Of a stretch of DNA of 64,000 bases, positions 51,401 through 64,000 are shown in pieces. Each line of letters begins with the position of its first letter. Within the stretch, counting starts at the first letter, position 1. Position numbers and translations under genes: made by a program. The DNA comes from Carcharhinus longimanus (Eukaryota), in NCBI GenBank assembly GCA_030264375.1, contig JASCQW010000137.1, positions 19,575,462-19,639,461 of the forward strand. Direction: 5' to 3'. The notes beneath the pieces were generated by a model. It was not told the origin of the DNA and did no database searches. It saw only the letters and a program-made list of their open reading frames with translations.

Positions 51401-51714
51401 TTTTATTCTGAATTACTCAAATTTCCAGTGACCAAATTCCTCCTCCGTGTTTTCTTTAGTTTGAAAGTAGATAAGGTTACTTTATTGGTATTAAGAGCAA
51501 TAAATATATCCATAAGTCTGATCATTTTCACTTGCCATAAACTCCCATTGTCAAAAAATGTATTGCTAGAGATGTTTTGAAAAGTATTTCTTGTGGGGTT
51601 CACCTTCCAGTTCACCAAGATCAAAGTTTAGTATATTAGGTCATATAGGAATATACAGTACCATTTGTAACATTAATGCTTCAAATGTACTTTATATTAA
51701 AATTTGTGTTGTAG

Positions 51715-51796
51715 GGTACAGCAGCTGTGTTACAGCGCAGGTCAGAAAACGAAGAGTTTGTAGAAGTTGGAAGACTGGGGCCATCAGATTATTTTG
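51715..51796 (+). CDS. PRKAR1A: PKA RI-alpha coding exon 9
   Basis: [27 protein letters not shown]; 82 nt. Confidence 0.97.
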
Positions 51797-52182
51797 GTGA
51801 GTTTGTCATACCATAGAAATCTTTGGGTTTGATACCATAAGTGTTGTAATGAATGAACTTGTTTAAAAAAAAATCAAGGTAGCTGGGATTGATTTTTGTT
51901 CTTTAAAAACCAAAATGTTTCTCAATTATGTAGACCTTGGAACTGAGAATATTGGCTGCTAAACTGTGATTACTGACACTAACAGTAGGCTACTGAAGTG
52001 ATGTAGCTTCAGCACAGTTGAAGATTGTCTGACAAATAACAATTGGAATCAAACTTGATGATTTGCCTTGAATTTGTTATAGTAAAGCAGAGTAAATTCA
52101 CTTGGTCATGAAGAGCACAGGAACTTGGTTCTGTAGCTCATAAGTTTCAGTTTTTCAGCAGGGGATGGATTTGAAATGTTAA

Positions 52183-52371
<189 letters not shown>

Positions 52372-55300
52372 AATCCTCTCCTCCGCTGTAACATCTGCCA
52401 GAGCGAACTGCCTCATTTCTGTCTAAAATGCCGCTTTCTGTGGCAAGACCACCACCAGTCCCACAGCTTCCTATCCATCAGAGAAAGCATTCCCTTTGTA
52501 GAATTCAGTGCCACATTTGCTTTTGTGTCTTTCTCTCACTGCACCAGCTTTCTAGTCAATACAGCTTCAGTTAAGATTTTTTTTGCTTTGATGCTTGTGT
52601 GTAGAACCTTTCCCTTTGGTTCTTGTTTATAAAGATTAAAACTCTGCTGTTTTAAATAAAATGTAGTTGATACCCAGATAATTAAGCTTTGATTTGGTTA
52701 CATGAGCAGAGGATTTTTGAACCCTTTAGCTCGCTCTGTTTCAAGCGATGTTGTGCATTTGAGTTTTGGATCCCATGAATGTGTACTGATGGAAAATCTT
52801 GGGTTGTAGGCCCGACGGCTTCAAAATTATTTTCAAGACTGCTCAAACCCACGTGGGTTACTACAGAATGTGTTTATTCTAAAGTGGCTAGGATTGAAAA
52901 CACTTAAATATAAACATGCTCTGAAAATACAATTTTTGTTTAGATTCAAGGAGAAAACACCCAAATTGAGATGTTAGACTTTTTCATTGCATACGTTTTA
53001 GTTTTGAGATAATTGTTACATTTTAACCTTTTTGGAAACAATTTGTAAAGTATTTAAAGTTGAATTTTCTTTTATGTAGTTTTAGGTCTTGCTTAGTGAG
53101 GATCATATCGGCCTTGTGTGTTTTTTGCCAAATTTATTCATGTCACTCCATTTGCACATTTAAGTTGCATTCAGATGTTTTTACAAAAAAATGATAGCCC
53201 ATTTTAATTTTTGTCAGGAATTTCTGACTTGTATTTAGTAGTCTCCCAGTTATCAAAACTTACCCGCTTGTCTTTGTGCAGTGGTTGTGACAGCCAAATC
53301 ATTGCTTGAGAAAAGGTTAGTGTATGCTTGTATTGATTTACGTACAATACAAGTTGGTTTGTTTGGTACAAATAAAACAAGAAAATTGCAGCTACATTAG
53401 GACTTGTGATGCTTTGGTTAATGGGGTTTAGCTAAAGAGTCAACTTGTTACTTGGGCAGCCAGAAATCCTTTTGATGATCTGACCTTATTTTGATTAGCA
53501 CAGATTTTGGTAATGGTAGCGATTTTGTACAGATGCCCACTGCAAGATTTCTGCAATGTCAGTTCTAAGGCTGTATCAAAGCATGCTTTGAACGGAGAAT
53601 TAGTGGAGCCGTTTTTCATTTTGTTTCTCTTCCAAACATAACAGCAGCTGAATTCCAGTAACCTTGGGTGTAATTTGACTTGTACCAATAGTAACCTCTG
53701 AACTTTGTGTTGCTGAGTTTGGTTTTCTTTGGTGCATTTTGTTGGTTATGATGGAGCACTGCGTGGAGGTGTAATGTACCATTCCATTTCCAGCAACAAG
53801 GGAATTAGAATAGTCTTGCTCCACATGAACTGTGCTTTCTGCTGGGCAGTGAAGTTATTGGAATAAGTAGAAACTTCTGCAACCTAAATTGAGATGGATA
53901 TACAGTGTTGAATTCTGTAGGAATGGATCAACAGAGGAAGATATATTGGTTTGCTCTCTGCAGGCAAGAAATGTAACACATTCATTTGAAAAGCTTGTAT
54001 TAACTTTACTGACACAAAGTAAAAGTATAGATTTTACAGATCAGATTCAATTTATGATATTATGAAAATTATTGTCCTTTCATGGAGTAGGACAACAAAT
54101 ACTATCCATGTCAATTGTTGCTCTTTTCTAGACAAATGTAATTTGAAGTATCATCCTCAGTCAGTGGCAATCACACAATGAAAAGTTAGAAATACGATCG
54201 ATCTTGTGTAGATGTCGGTATTATATTGCCAACACTATCTGATTTTTAACGAATGACTTGAGTACAGCTATTGTGATAAAGTGACCCTGCTTGTGACCAT
54301 GAGAACCAGTTGATACAGACTAGATAACCTGTGGATTTACTCCCGAATTTTACACAGCGTTGCCTTTCAATTTGTTGCTGAGACAGAGCCAGTGAAAGGG
54401 TTGAAAAATGAAATTTTATGTATTAACCAGATGTAATTTCATTCCAAGGCAAAAAAAAGTAAACATTCCTTTTAGTAACAAGCCAGTACCACCATCACAG
54501 GTACTGGTACAGTGTGCGCTTGTACTTGACCAGCACTGGTAGCACAAGGTTGGGCGATGGCATCCCTAATTCCTCTGCAGTCCTGACCCAGCTTATAAAC
54601 TATCCACTGCTTCCTGGTTCTTATTAATAGCGCTGGACATGTTTACATATTAAGTAACTGTCCTGTGCTTAACTGGAGTGGTGCAAATGGTGTCTATTTA
54701 AATGAAGATTAATGGCTGACATTTAAGTTGGTGCAGTGCTTTTAGTACCCGTGTTATTTTGTGTTTAATCATAGTTGCACTTCCTTGCAGCTCACAGTAG
54801 CTGGCGCTGTTGTTCCATTATTGGCATACACCAGAGCTCAGCTGATATTGCACAAATATACACCCAGACACACTAGTAAAAGGCAGAAACCAAAAACTGG
54901 ATGTTTGATCCTGAACTAGCCGATGCATTGGCATTCTGAAATGTACCACAACAGCTTTTTAGTGAGGCATGACATGCAATTTTTTTTGAGGCTTTCAAGA
55001 AAGCAAGAAACTCATTCGCTGAGTCTTAATGACATTTCAGTATTTCACAGCTTTGTATTACATGTGCACTTATTTCACACACATTTTACAAATTCCACAC
55101 AGCTGTAATTAGATCAAATTATATTCATTATTCTATATAGAATGACTTAGACTAGAATAATTGCTTGGATTGTACAGCAAGCTAAAACTAAATTGCTCGG
55201 AGAGTTGGGTTGGACATAGGCTGTAGATTTTGCTCTGCAAGTATTGCATTTCCATGGAGAATTAAGCCAGATATAATATGCACTAATATTGCTAAGTGAG

Positions 55301-56465
55301 ATAAGTGAAAAGTTGCAAAATCACTTCACCTATCTCTATGATGCGCACAGTGCAAATGATTAAATGTAACTTGCATATTACTTTCAGTTTTTTCAGTGCA
55401 CTTCCCTTATGATGCTGTGTAGATTGGTGAAAATGCTTTTGTAAACATCTCTGGAAAAAATACTAGTTATGTGTTGAGGGCAGGATGACTTTCACTTGGC
55501 ATTGGCCAATATTCCATTTTATTAAGCAGTTATAGTAACTAAAGATTTGATTTTTGTTTGATATCCGATTAATGCCTCGAGTAATCGTGGAATGCCATGC
55601 CCAGTTCTTCTGGCTGTGGCAATGAATTGCATCTGTTGAGCTTTTTCTTAATTGAAGTCTGTAACTTAGACTTTTAATGCCTGATGGTGAATTGGAATCT
55701 ACTTCCTAATGAGAGCTATTTCCTGTTTCATCACTTTAAACTCCCTAGGAAATAAAGTCGAGAGTAAGCATGAAAGGTATTGGCCTAATTTATTTTGATA
55801 TTCCTGGTATAGACAAAATTAAGTCAGCTGCTGCTTATGGGAGGTGTCCTGTCCAGGTAGACCAGTATTTTGCACAGGTGAAATCTGGTACTTTGTTTAA
55901 TATTTCTGTTATCTTAGACAAATTGACTAATTAGGTGAATGTCATTCCTCAATTGAGTTTACCAGTATCATAAATTACCAGTAAGAGTGAGATTAATGCA
56001 GTATTCCAATAATTTTGAAACCATTCTCAGAAAAATCTTCCTACTGTGCCAACCCTGGCACCTAGCACATTGATTTTTGGCTTGCTGCACATTCTTAAGG
56101 TTTTTATTTACCTAAATGATTTTATTATAAAGCAGCTGATAATGAGTTTATTGAATAATCTGATGCAGTTGAAGCTTTAACTATTGTGTGCAATCAGAAC
56201 TGTACGTACAAACGACCACGGTTTGATGTAGTTTGCCTTAGCTATCTTATATGGGGATTAGATATCCTCAGCTAGCTTACCTACAAAACAAATTTGCAAA
56301 GTGAGAATACAGCGTGATAATATGTAGATTATCCAAGGACCATTTTTGTATTGTTCCCAATGACTGTATAAGATCAGATTTACTGTATGTGCTAAAATAA
56401 TCCTTTTGTTGTAGAGTGTCCTAATGACAGGTCAAGCAATAAAAGTTAATTCTTAAAAAGAAAAC
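52372..56465 (+). other. PRKAR1A: Probable long PRKAR1A 3'UTR with alternative polyA signals
   Basis: Repeat-poor, U-rich; AATAAA at 52655, 53371 and 56438; true end inferred only. Confidence 0.5.
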
Positions 56466-59379
56466 TGTTTTCTTCTCTTTGAACTGATAAAGCAGATGCA
56501 CAACAAAATTCCATTAAGATCTCTTTACAGTTTTAGATAAGTTAATTCTAACAAAACATGCCCCACCCAAGATAAATGTTGAGCCTTGTAATTTAATATG
56601 ATGGAACAAGAAACATATCAAGGTTTGCTGAATGTAAAGTTCCCTGCATGGATGGCATTGCTGCTTTTTCATGCAGCCTAACTTGGCTTGGTATGTTGAC
56701 TTGTTTTTGTTTGCGACTTGACTATGACTTGATTTCAACCATTACTTTAACTTGGCTTGTAATGTACGTTCCTAATATTTATTAATTAGTTTGTCAAAAT
56801 CTGATATGGAGTCATGCCCCATCTACTATTTTTTCCTCTTGGGTGCCACATGGTTTAGTTCCAAGGAATCAATAAATTTGGAGTAATCCTTAGTTCTGTC
56901 TCTCAGGGCTCTAATAGGATTTATTTGGATTTGATGTACTGTGGGTTGAAACTAATGGGAGAAATTCATTTGGCTGACGATTTGCTCAGCATTACTGCCT
57001 GCAAAGAAATAATCCCTATTTTCATATTTTTGGACTCCAGTAGCTAATATCCAATATTTCTTATCTCCAGATCGCTGTTGACATAACATTTTCAGGATAA
57101 TTTTGTGCTACCCATTCTTGGCACTGTCCTATTTAACTAGACATATTTTGGAATTTTCCAGTGAGGTTCCTGAATAGCTATAAAACCTTGATAGTGGCAC
57201 TGAGAATAAAATAAGGTGGAATTTGTTCCCTTAAACAGTTTTACCACCTTTGACTTTCAGACTGTCTCAAACCACATTCTTGGGTTTAATATGAATGTTG
57301 GCAGATGAACAGCAATCATGCTGTGAAGGTAATAATGACTGACAATTTCACAATGGACATCCCGATAGAAGAACTCAGACCCTATCCCAGTATGTTCAGT
57401 GTGCACATGCCAAGGTGATCCAGTTTGGATTTTTCCAAATTTCATTTTTCCACGTTAGCTAGATTGTAGAAAATTGAGCGCAGTCAAAAACACCTACAAT
57501 ATATTTAAATTGATCTGCATACATTCAATAATTAGTATGTTTTATTTTGTCCCACTTTTGTCTTGATTTATTTCCACCATATTTTGCTTTATCCACATTA
57601 ATAACGAAAACCGGTAAAACACTGTACTATAATTGTAACAGCAACTTTCCCACCAATGCTGGTGTTATAAATCTAATTATCTCTACCGGGAAATTATTTT
57701 GCTCCAACCAACTCAATATTCTCATTTTCTATTCAGCCACAATATGCAAAGAATTATATAGGAATGCACTGTCTTGTCTTTACCATTTCACCTGAAGACT
57801 TTGCTGAGTATAACAGCATGGAACATTGATTATATTCCATAAAATTGATAAATTATTTTTAAACTTGTTGCAGTTTGGGTTGGCAATTTTGTTTGTTTAC
57901 TGCCAAGAGAGACGAGCCAAATTCCTAAGTTATTTTTTTGCTCGATTTGAATAAAAGCATTAATAAAGGTTTACATTATATCCACTAGATTATGTCCTTC
58001 ACTGGAAGGTAGTGCTACTGAGCCACTTTGTAATGGGTATTTAAGTAAGAGTTTCATAGACTTGGAAAAATTTTATTAATATTTTGCTACAAAAATGTGG
58101 GCTACCTAAAGTCAATTTAAGAGCATAAACTCTTTGTCCTATTTCCTATGACAACAGTTTACTCCCTACGCAGCCCACTGCTCAACGAAGAAAGCCTTTG
58201 TCTCAAACCCCACAGATTTAAAAATCATCCAACACCTAGTTGGAACGTGTTTTTTTGAATAACCAGACATGCATTATCTTTTATTTGCTTGCAGGTTTAC
58301 AACTTCCATGTAAGATGCCTTGGGCAAAGTAGGTCCTTTAAGACAAATTTTGCTGAAAACACAGAACTCATATCCAAGTTTTGTTCTCCGGAAAACGTGC
58401 CCAAACAATCCTGAATTGTGGTGATGTGCAGTTGCTGTCTGGGTGGACTGTAATGAATGTTAATAGCTAAGTCTATGCCCAGGAGGGTGGAAAAAATTCA
58501 AGCTCTGATCCTTTGCTCCACTGCAGAGGTCACATTTGGACATAGGTGTGAACTTTTGCACTGCTTGTGGTGCTACTGCTTCCACGTTACTGTTAGGAAA
58601 TTTTCGAACATTGCCCAGTGATGACAGAATGACAAACTGTGATGCAATAAGGATGGTATCCAGCTTGGAAGCAATATTCCACCTGTGATTTATCTTTGTT
58701 TCACTTATGCTTCAATTAATTTTCTTTCTTTATAAAGACATTTGGTATGTCAGTTATTTATTAATAAGTTAAAGGACTATATGGAGCTCATTGTACTGTT
58801 TCTAGTTAGATTATCAGCTGAATGAGGAGCTTATTGTTCACTGCAGATGTACATACACTAAGAAGTACAACACACTCTTATGGGAAAAGAAAACTCCAGT
58901 TGGTCCTGTTACAATTCTAATTCTTAACATGGCTTTTTCTCCCATAAGATATGTCTCCTAATAACGCACAATATAAATGTGTATTTGAAATGTTTTATAT
59001 TATAAATATATATAGAATTGTGAGAATTTTTCAAATAGTATCTTGGGCATGAGTCCCATCTGGCCCTGCTGATTTCTATGCATTCCATGGCTTCATTTCT
59101 CACTATTGAGGAAAATGAATTTGGCTGCTAACAGCTGCAAATGTGAATGGGCCATGATTTATCTTGAGTTGAATCAGCAAATTCAAGGGAAAGCATTTCC
59201 ACAACAGAAAAAAATCCCTTGCAAGCCAATTTTTTTCTGAGCAAGGTTGTGTTTTAAAAAAAAATGCCTCATGGAATAGTAAATCAAGTTAGTGTTTAAT
59301 GATTAGCTCCGAGCTGTTGAGATGAATCTTCTCACCCATATTTTTTCCCTCAGTGTTTTCTGACATGATGAATATTTTG

Positions 59380-59541
59380 ACCTACCTTGCATTAAATTGA
59401 TCTCTCTACACCCTGGCTATGACTGTAACACTACATTCTGCACCCTCTCCTTTCCTTGTCTATGAATGGTATGCTTTGTCTGAATAGTATGCAAGAAACA
59501 ATACTTTTCACTGTATGCTAATACACATGACAATAATCAAA
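59380..59541 (+). mobile_element. Rex1-type LINE 3'UTR fragment
   Basis: Matches 285-445. Confidence 0.8.
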
Positions 59542-59864
59542 TGAGTTAATTTCTTGAATAGAGCATTGCAGGTGAATTTGACCACCTTGCTTTTTGTGAT
59601 GGTGTTTCTTTTAAATAGATTACTACTTAGATGGTTGTTTGCCCCCCGCCACCCCAATCATCAAATGCAGCAATAGCTCAAGGACAAATACGTATATTCT
59701 AGCTGCAGGATATTCACACAGGCCATTTAGACATCTGTTTTAGTGTTGCAGAGTCACCTTCAACTAACTGTAACCTTGTCCTTTTTCAGTACAGGTCTTC
59801 TGCATAGTTGGTATCTTTTTCCCCTGATGATCCAGTTGCTTATGACTAATGATGTGCAATTTTT

Positions 59865-60130
59865 GCTTGAAATACAGTTTTACATAGCACCTTGAATCTA
59901 GATAACCAGCTTAAGCTGTTTTACAAGTATTAGCAATCAAGATTTGACATTGAGCCACATGAGATATGAGGACACATGACCAAAAGTTTTAAGGAGCGCC
60001 TTAAAGGAATAGTGAGTGGCGTAGAGGCTTAGGGAAAGAATTCCAGAGGCTAAGGCCAAGGCAACTGAAAACACGGCCACCGGTGGCAAAGTGATGAAAA
60101 TCTGGGATGTTTAAAGAGATTTGAGTGGTA
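59865..60130 (-). mobile_element. L2-like 3' fragment
   Basis: ttacatagcacctt...tttgacattgagccaca...ttaaggagcgccttaaagga. Confidence 0.5.
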
Positions 60131-60850
60131 CACAGTACAAAGTAAATGAATGGCATTAGTTTTAAAATTGTCATGTAGGCTCATAAATAGTAATTCAAGA
60201 TGTTACTGAATTGGCATTAGAGAAATGGAAAAATGCCACAATTTGGCGGTGCCTTCATGTATACTTAAAGCTGCATAATTGCTTAGAACTCCTTGCGAAA
60301 AAAAAACCTGATGAATTATTTAAAGACCTGTAAATTACCTCAAGTAAGCGTAGAACTGAGTGCGTAATTGTTTGAAAAATAAATTGTAAAGAAATGTAGA
60401 TTTCACAGATTCGTTAAGTTGCATGTACTTGATGGGCATTCAAGTGAGTTTTCTTAATGAATGCTCTTGCATTCCTGTGTCCATAACCACATTTAAAAGA
60501 CTACAACTTTCCAAAACAGCTGGGAACTCTTACTCAAAAACATGTGAAAGATCTGCTGAATTATGCGCCCTAACTTCCCAGCTTATTTTTGTACTTAAGT
60601 TGTATTAAGATTACAAACAAAGTTCAATATGGACAATCCAAGTTATGCTAATTGAAAAGTAAAAAGTTAGGCACAAGTAATCAATGTTGGGGGAGGAGTG
60701 GGTATAATAAGCCAGGTTGGAATGCAGGAAGTGACTATATTGCTTGATGCAGCACTTAGCTGTGAAAGGCCACCGCACACAGTATATATGGTACTGGAGT
60801 AAATTGTCAAGTCTGTTGTATCAGAATCTTTAGAAGTTGTTCTTAAATGT

Positions 60851-61125
60851 CAGTTGTTAGCACTGCTGCCTCACAGTGACAGGGACCCAGGTTCGATTCC
60901 TGGTTTGGTCACTGTGCGAAGTCTACACATTCTCCCTGTATCTGCGTGGGTTTCTTCTGGGTGCTTTGGTTTCTGCCCACAGTCCAAAAGACATGCTGGT
61001 TAGGTGCGTTGACTGTGCTAAATTCAGTGTACCTGGAACAGGTGCCTTAGTGTGGTGATACGGGATTTTCACAGTAATGTCATTGCAGTGTTAAGGTAAG
61101 CCTACTTGTGACACTAATAAATAAA
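60851..61125 (+). mobile_element. HE1-like V-SINE
   Basis: B-box GGTTCGATTCC, V core, tail cttgtgacactaataaataaa. Confidence 0.85.
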
Positions 61126-62549
61126 CGCTACAATGTTCTGATCAGGCCACATCTGGCTATTGTGGTTATGCACAATTTTAGTTGTTTTGGCTGAAGTGTT
61201 CTAGGCCCAAGAGGTAATTCAGAATACAAGACTGGCTCCCCAACATTAATGGGGTTAGCTTTGATTAATTTAAGGATGGGCTGGAGCTTTTAAGGGCTGG
61301 AGCTTTTAAAGCCTGGGAGAAAAATTTTGCAGAGGGAACATAAGTAGACAGATGAAAGAAAGGTATGTACTGGAAAAGGGAGGATGAATCCAAGTTATGT
61401 TTACAGATGTTGCAAGGATAGTGAAAACTGAAGGCAAACATTCAAGTTTATGAAGGATAAATTTAGGACAAATCTAAAGAAGTTGGTAGAGACTGTCAGC
61501 AAGAAAGAGTGAAATCCTGATAGATTTTTAAAATTAACAAATAGATGCTGTAGGGATGTAATGGGGAAATATTAAGGTTGGCTTTCTGGGTGGATGAGGT
61601 CTAATTGGTCCACCAGCCTCATGATTTGTGTATCTAAAACAACCTGGATTTATCAAATGAATTGACTGGATCATAGACTGACATTGAATACAGATGTGGA
61701 AGCTCTCAAGATTTTTCTCAGAGGTATTTACCAAGTTCTGTGTCACATTTAATGGCATTAAGTCATGTAAATTAAACACAGGTCTCACTGCCACAAATTG
61801 AAGTCAATTCTTGTCTTTGTCCCTCTTTGCTTGAAGCCCAAGCTGTAGAAATTTGCAATCACTGGACATATGGCCAAAAGTGTAGGCCCTCATTACTTGT
61901 TCCTATTCTTGTCCAATTGATCACCTTTATATCATTAAGAAAATAATGAATCAACAACAATGGTGTCAGGAATTATTTACTCCTGTGTTGCTGTTGCTGA
62001 GAATATTTGAACCGTCTTGAAGCCAATTTCCCAGCCTACACTCCCTCAGCTGTTATAGTCGATCCATAAAGATACTGATTCTGTTCTTCACTATTTGAGA
62101 TGGCATTGCTAGTTATATTAAAGATCAATATCTTATGAATGATCTCTATGTACAGTTGTCATCTATTATTTCACTGAAAAGTGGATGATTTAATTACTTT
62201 CATTCTCTGATATAGGTAAGAAAAGAAGACAACAATATGAATCTGTAGGTTTTTTGTACCAGTATATCATTTTTCAAACCTTTTTAAATGGGTCATCTTT
62301 CCATTTTCAGGATCTGTCCCTGGAAAAACTTTGCCCAAAGTCCAAACAACATTTACAAATTCTCACCTGTCTACTTTAGGCTTCATTTGTCACTATTTCT
62401 GCTGTCCATCTGCTCAACCATTCCTTCATCTCACCTTTGCTCTTATCCCCAGCAAAATTCTTGCGCTCTCCCACCTTGGTTTACTCCCTCAAATTGAAAG
62501 GTGCAAACTTGACCATATTGGGCTCACAACTAGTTCCACATTGTCTTGC

Positions 62550-63120
62550 TAGAACACAGAATCAGAATGGTTACAGCACAGAAGGAGACCATTTGGCCCA
62601 TCATGTCCATGCTAGCCCTCGACAGGAACAATTCACCTACTGCCTCTCTTCTGTCCTTTCCTCGTTGCCCTGCACATTTTTCTTTTTCAGATAATGATCA
62701 AATTCCCTTTTGAAATTCTCAATGAAATCTGCCTCCACCACATTCTCAGGCAGTACAGTATGTTCCAGATTTTAACCATTCGCTGTGTACGTTTTTTTTC
62801 TCAAGTTACCATTGCTTCTGATGCCAGCTAATTAGGATGTGCCCAGTGGTTCTTGATTCCTCCACCAGTTGGAACACTTTCTCCCTATCCACTCTGACCA
62901 GACACCTCATGATTTTTAATTCCTGTATCAAATCTCGACCTTCTCTAAGGAAAACAGTCTCAACTTCTCCAATCTATCCATGTAACTGATGTTCCTCATC
63001 CCATGAAACTATTCTCATGATTTTTTCCTCCCCCTTTAATGCTTCACATCCTTCTAAAGTGCAACATACAAAACTGGAGGCAATGCAAGTTGAGGCCAAG
63101 CCAATGTTTTAGGGCTCATG
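62550..63120 (-). mobile_element. CR1 3' fragment
   Basis: agaatggttacagcacagaaggagaccatttggcccatc tail, antisense. Confidence 0.75.
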
Positions 63121-63208
63121 TATAAAGCCCAGGATACATGTGACAATAATAAATCAAATTGTCACAAATTTTGTGCCCCTCTCCAGACAAAGTCTCAAAT
63201 TAACCAAT

Positions 63209-63410
63209 AAAAATAGAAAACGTTGGAAATTCTCATCAGGTCTGGCAGCATCCGTAGAGAGAGAATAAAGCCAACGTTTCAAATTTGGATCACCTTAGAG
63301 CTCCTTCCAGACTCTCAATGACGGCTCTGTTGTCTCTCCACAGATGCTATCAGGCTGCTGAGATTTTCCAGCTTTTTCTGTTTTTCATATTCCAGTGTCT
63401 GCAGTAACTT
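63209..63410. mobile_element. Fold-back Penelope-derived element
   Basis: Left arm ggaaattctcatcaggtctggcagcatccgtagagagaga is inverted to right arm tctctccacagatgctatcaggctgctgagattttcc. Confidence 0.65.
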
Positions 63411-63559
63411 GAGTCTTGTATCAAATTGACCAGACTATTTGTAACCTCAGCATCCCGTTGGACCCAGAGCCAAGTATCTGATTCCATATCTTCCACTCTA
63501 CCTCTACTTTGCCCTTTATGTTGCCCTTTTCCTACCTGGGAGCTGAACAGAGACAGAGG

Positions 63560-64000
63560 TTAGGAGAGGCATAAATAGATCTGAGGGATTGGAGCGTGGC
63601 CTTTTCTACCTGCAAACTAATTAAGAAAGTAACTAACTAAATAACACAGGTAACACTGGCAGTACAGTGCAATGTTGCAGCTGTGGAACGTGGGGGCTTT
63701 TGCACGCCAAAGCAATTCAAGGCAAACACGTCTGCAGAAAATGTGTGGAGGAACTCCAGATCGGGATTATTGATCAGGAAGCTGAATTGCACAACATGAG
63801 AGAGGGAGAAATACCAGGACACATTGTTCCTCTTAGCATAGGGTTGGCTGTTTTGGCCAGCAGTGATGTGCCTGTGGGTGTGATAGGTAAAGGGACTAAG
63901 CAAACAGGAATGGAGGAGCCTCAGACTTTGCAATTGTCAGACAGATTTGAGGTTCTCAAAAAATATATGGCCGAAAGTGAGACCTGCAAGGCAGATAAGC
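63560..64000 (+). mobile_element. Decayed CR1 5'/ORF1 region
   Basis: Cys-rich gtacagtgcaatgttgcagc and cacgtctgcagaaaatgt (HVCRKC), then ttgtcagacagatttgaggttct. Confidence 0.5.

Noticed and set aside
54483-54507. Hairpin CCAGTACC / GGTACTGG in the putative 3'UTR
   Set aside because: An 8-bp stem is expected by chance; no SECIS, IRE or miRNA features
60270-60610. Possible Gypsy gag/protease remnant
   Set aside because: Too degraded to support from the sequence alone
54400-64000. FAM20A last exon on the minus strand
   Set aside because: The segments I translated showed no ALDRRL-type FAM20 C-terminus

Overview
Eukaryotic genomic DNA, most likely from a shark or other cartilaginous fish (HE1/V-SINE, CR1, Rex1, Penelope, Harbinger and DeuSINE repeat landscape), with several N gaps. 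One complete protein-coding gene can be reconstructed by hand: PRKAR1A (PKA type I-alpha regulatory subunit) on the + strand. It has 10 coding exons from 21289 to 52371 (1149 nt, 382 aa), all introns GT-AG and phase-compatible. It is preceded by a CpG-rich promoter with a palindromic CRE and a ~47-bp minisatellite, and followed by a long repeat-poor 3' region. The rest is mostly decayed transposable elements, and nearly all ORFs in the track are spurious, TE-derived or N-gap artefacts. Most notable observations: (1) a tRNA-headed, ORF1-less EN/RT LINE with shorter derivatives sharing its head and tail; (2) V-SINEs with two different LINE-type tails (CR1-like vs Rex1-like); (3) a 5'-inverted Rex1 copy with a templated 153-bp internal duplication; (4) tandem Penelope minimal hammerhead motifs next to a U2 snRNA-like fragment; (5) a candidate alternative terminal exon of PRKAR1A. 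Repeat boundaries are approximate, and family names come from recalled motifs, not database searches.
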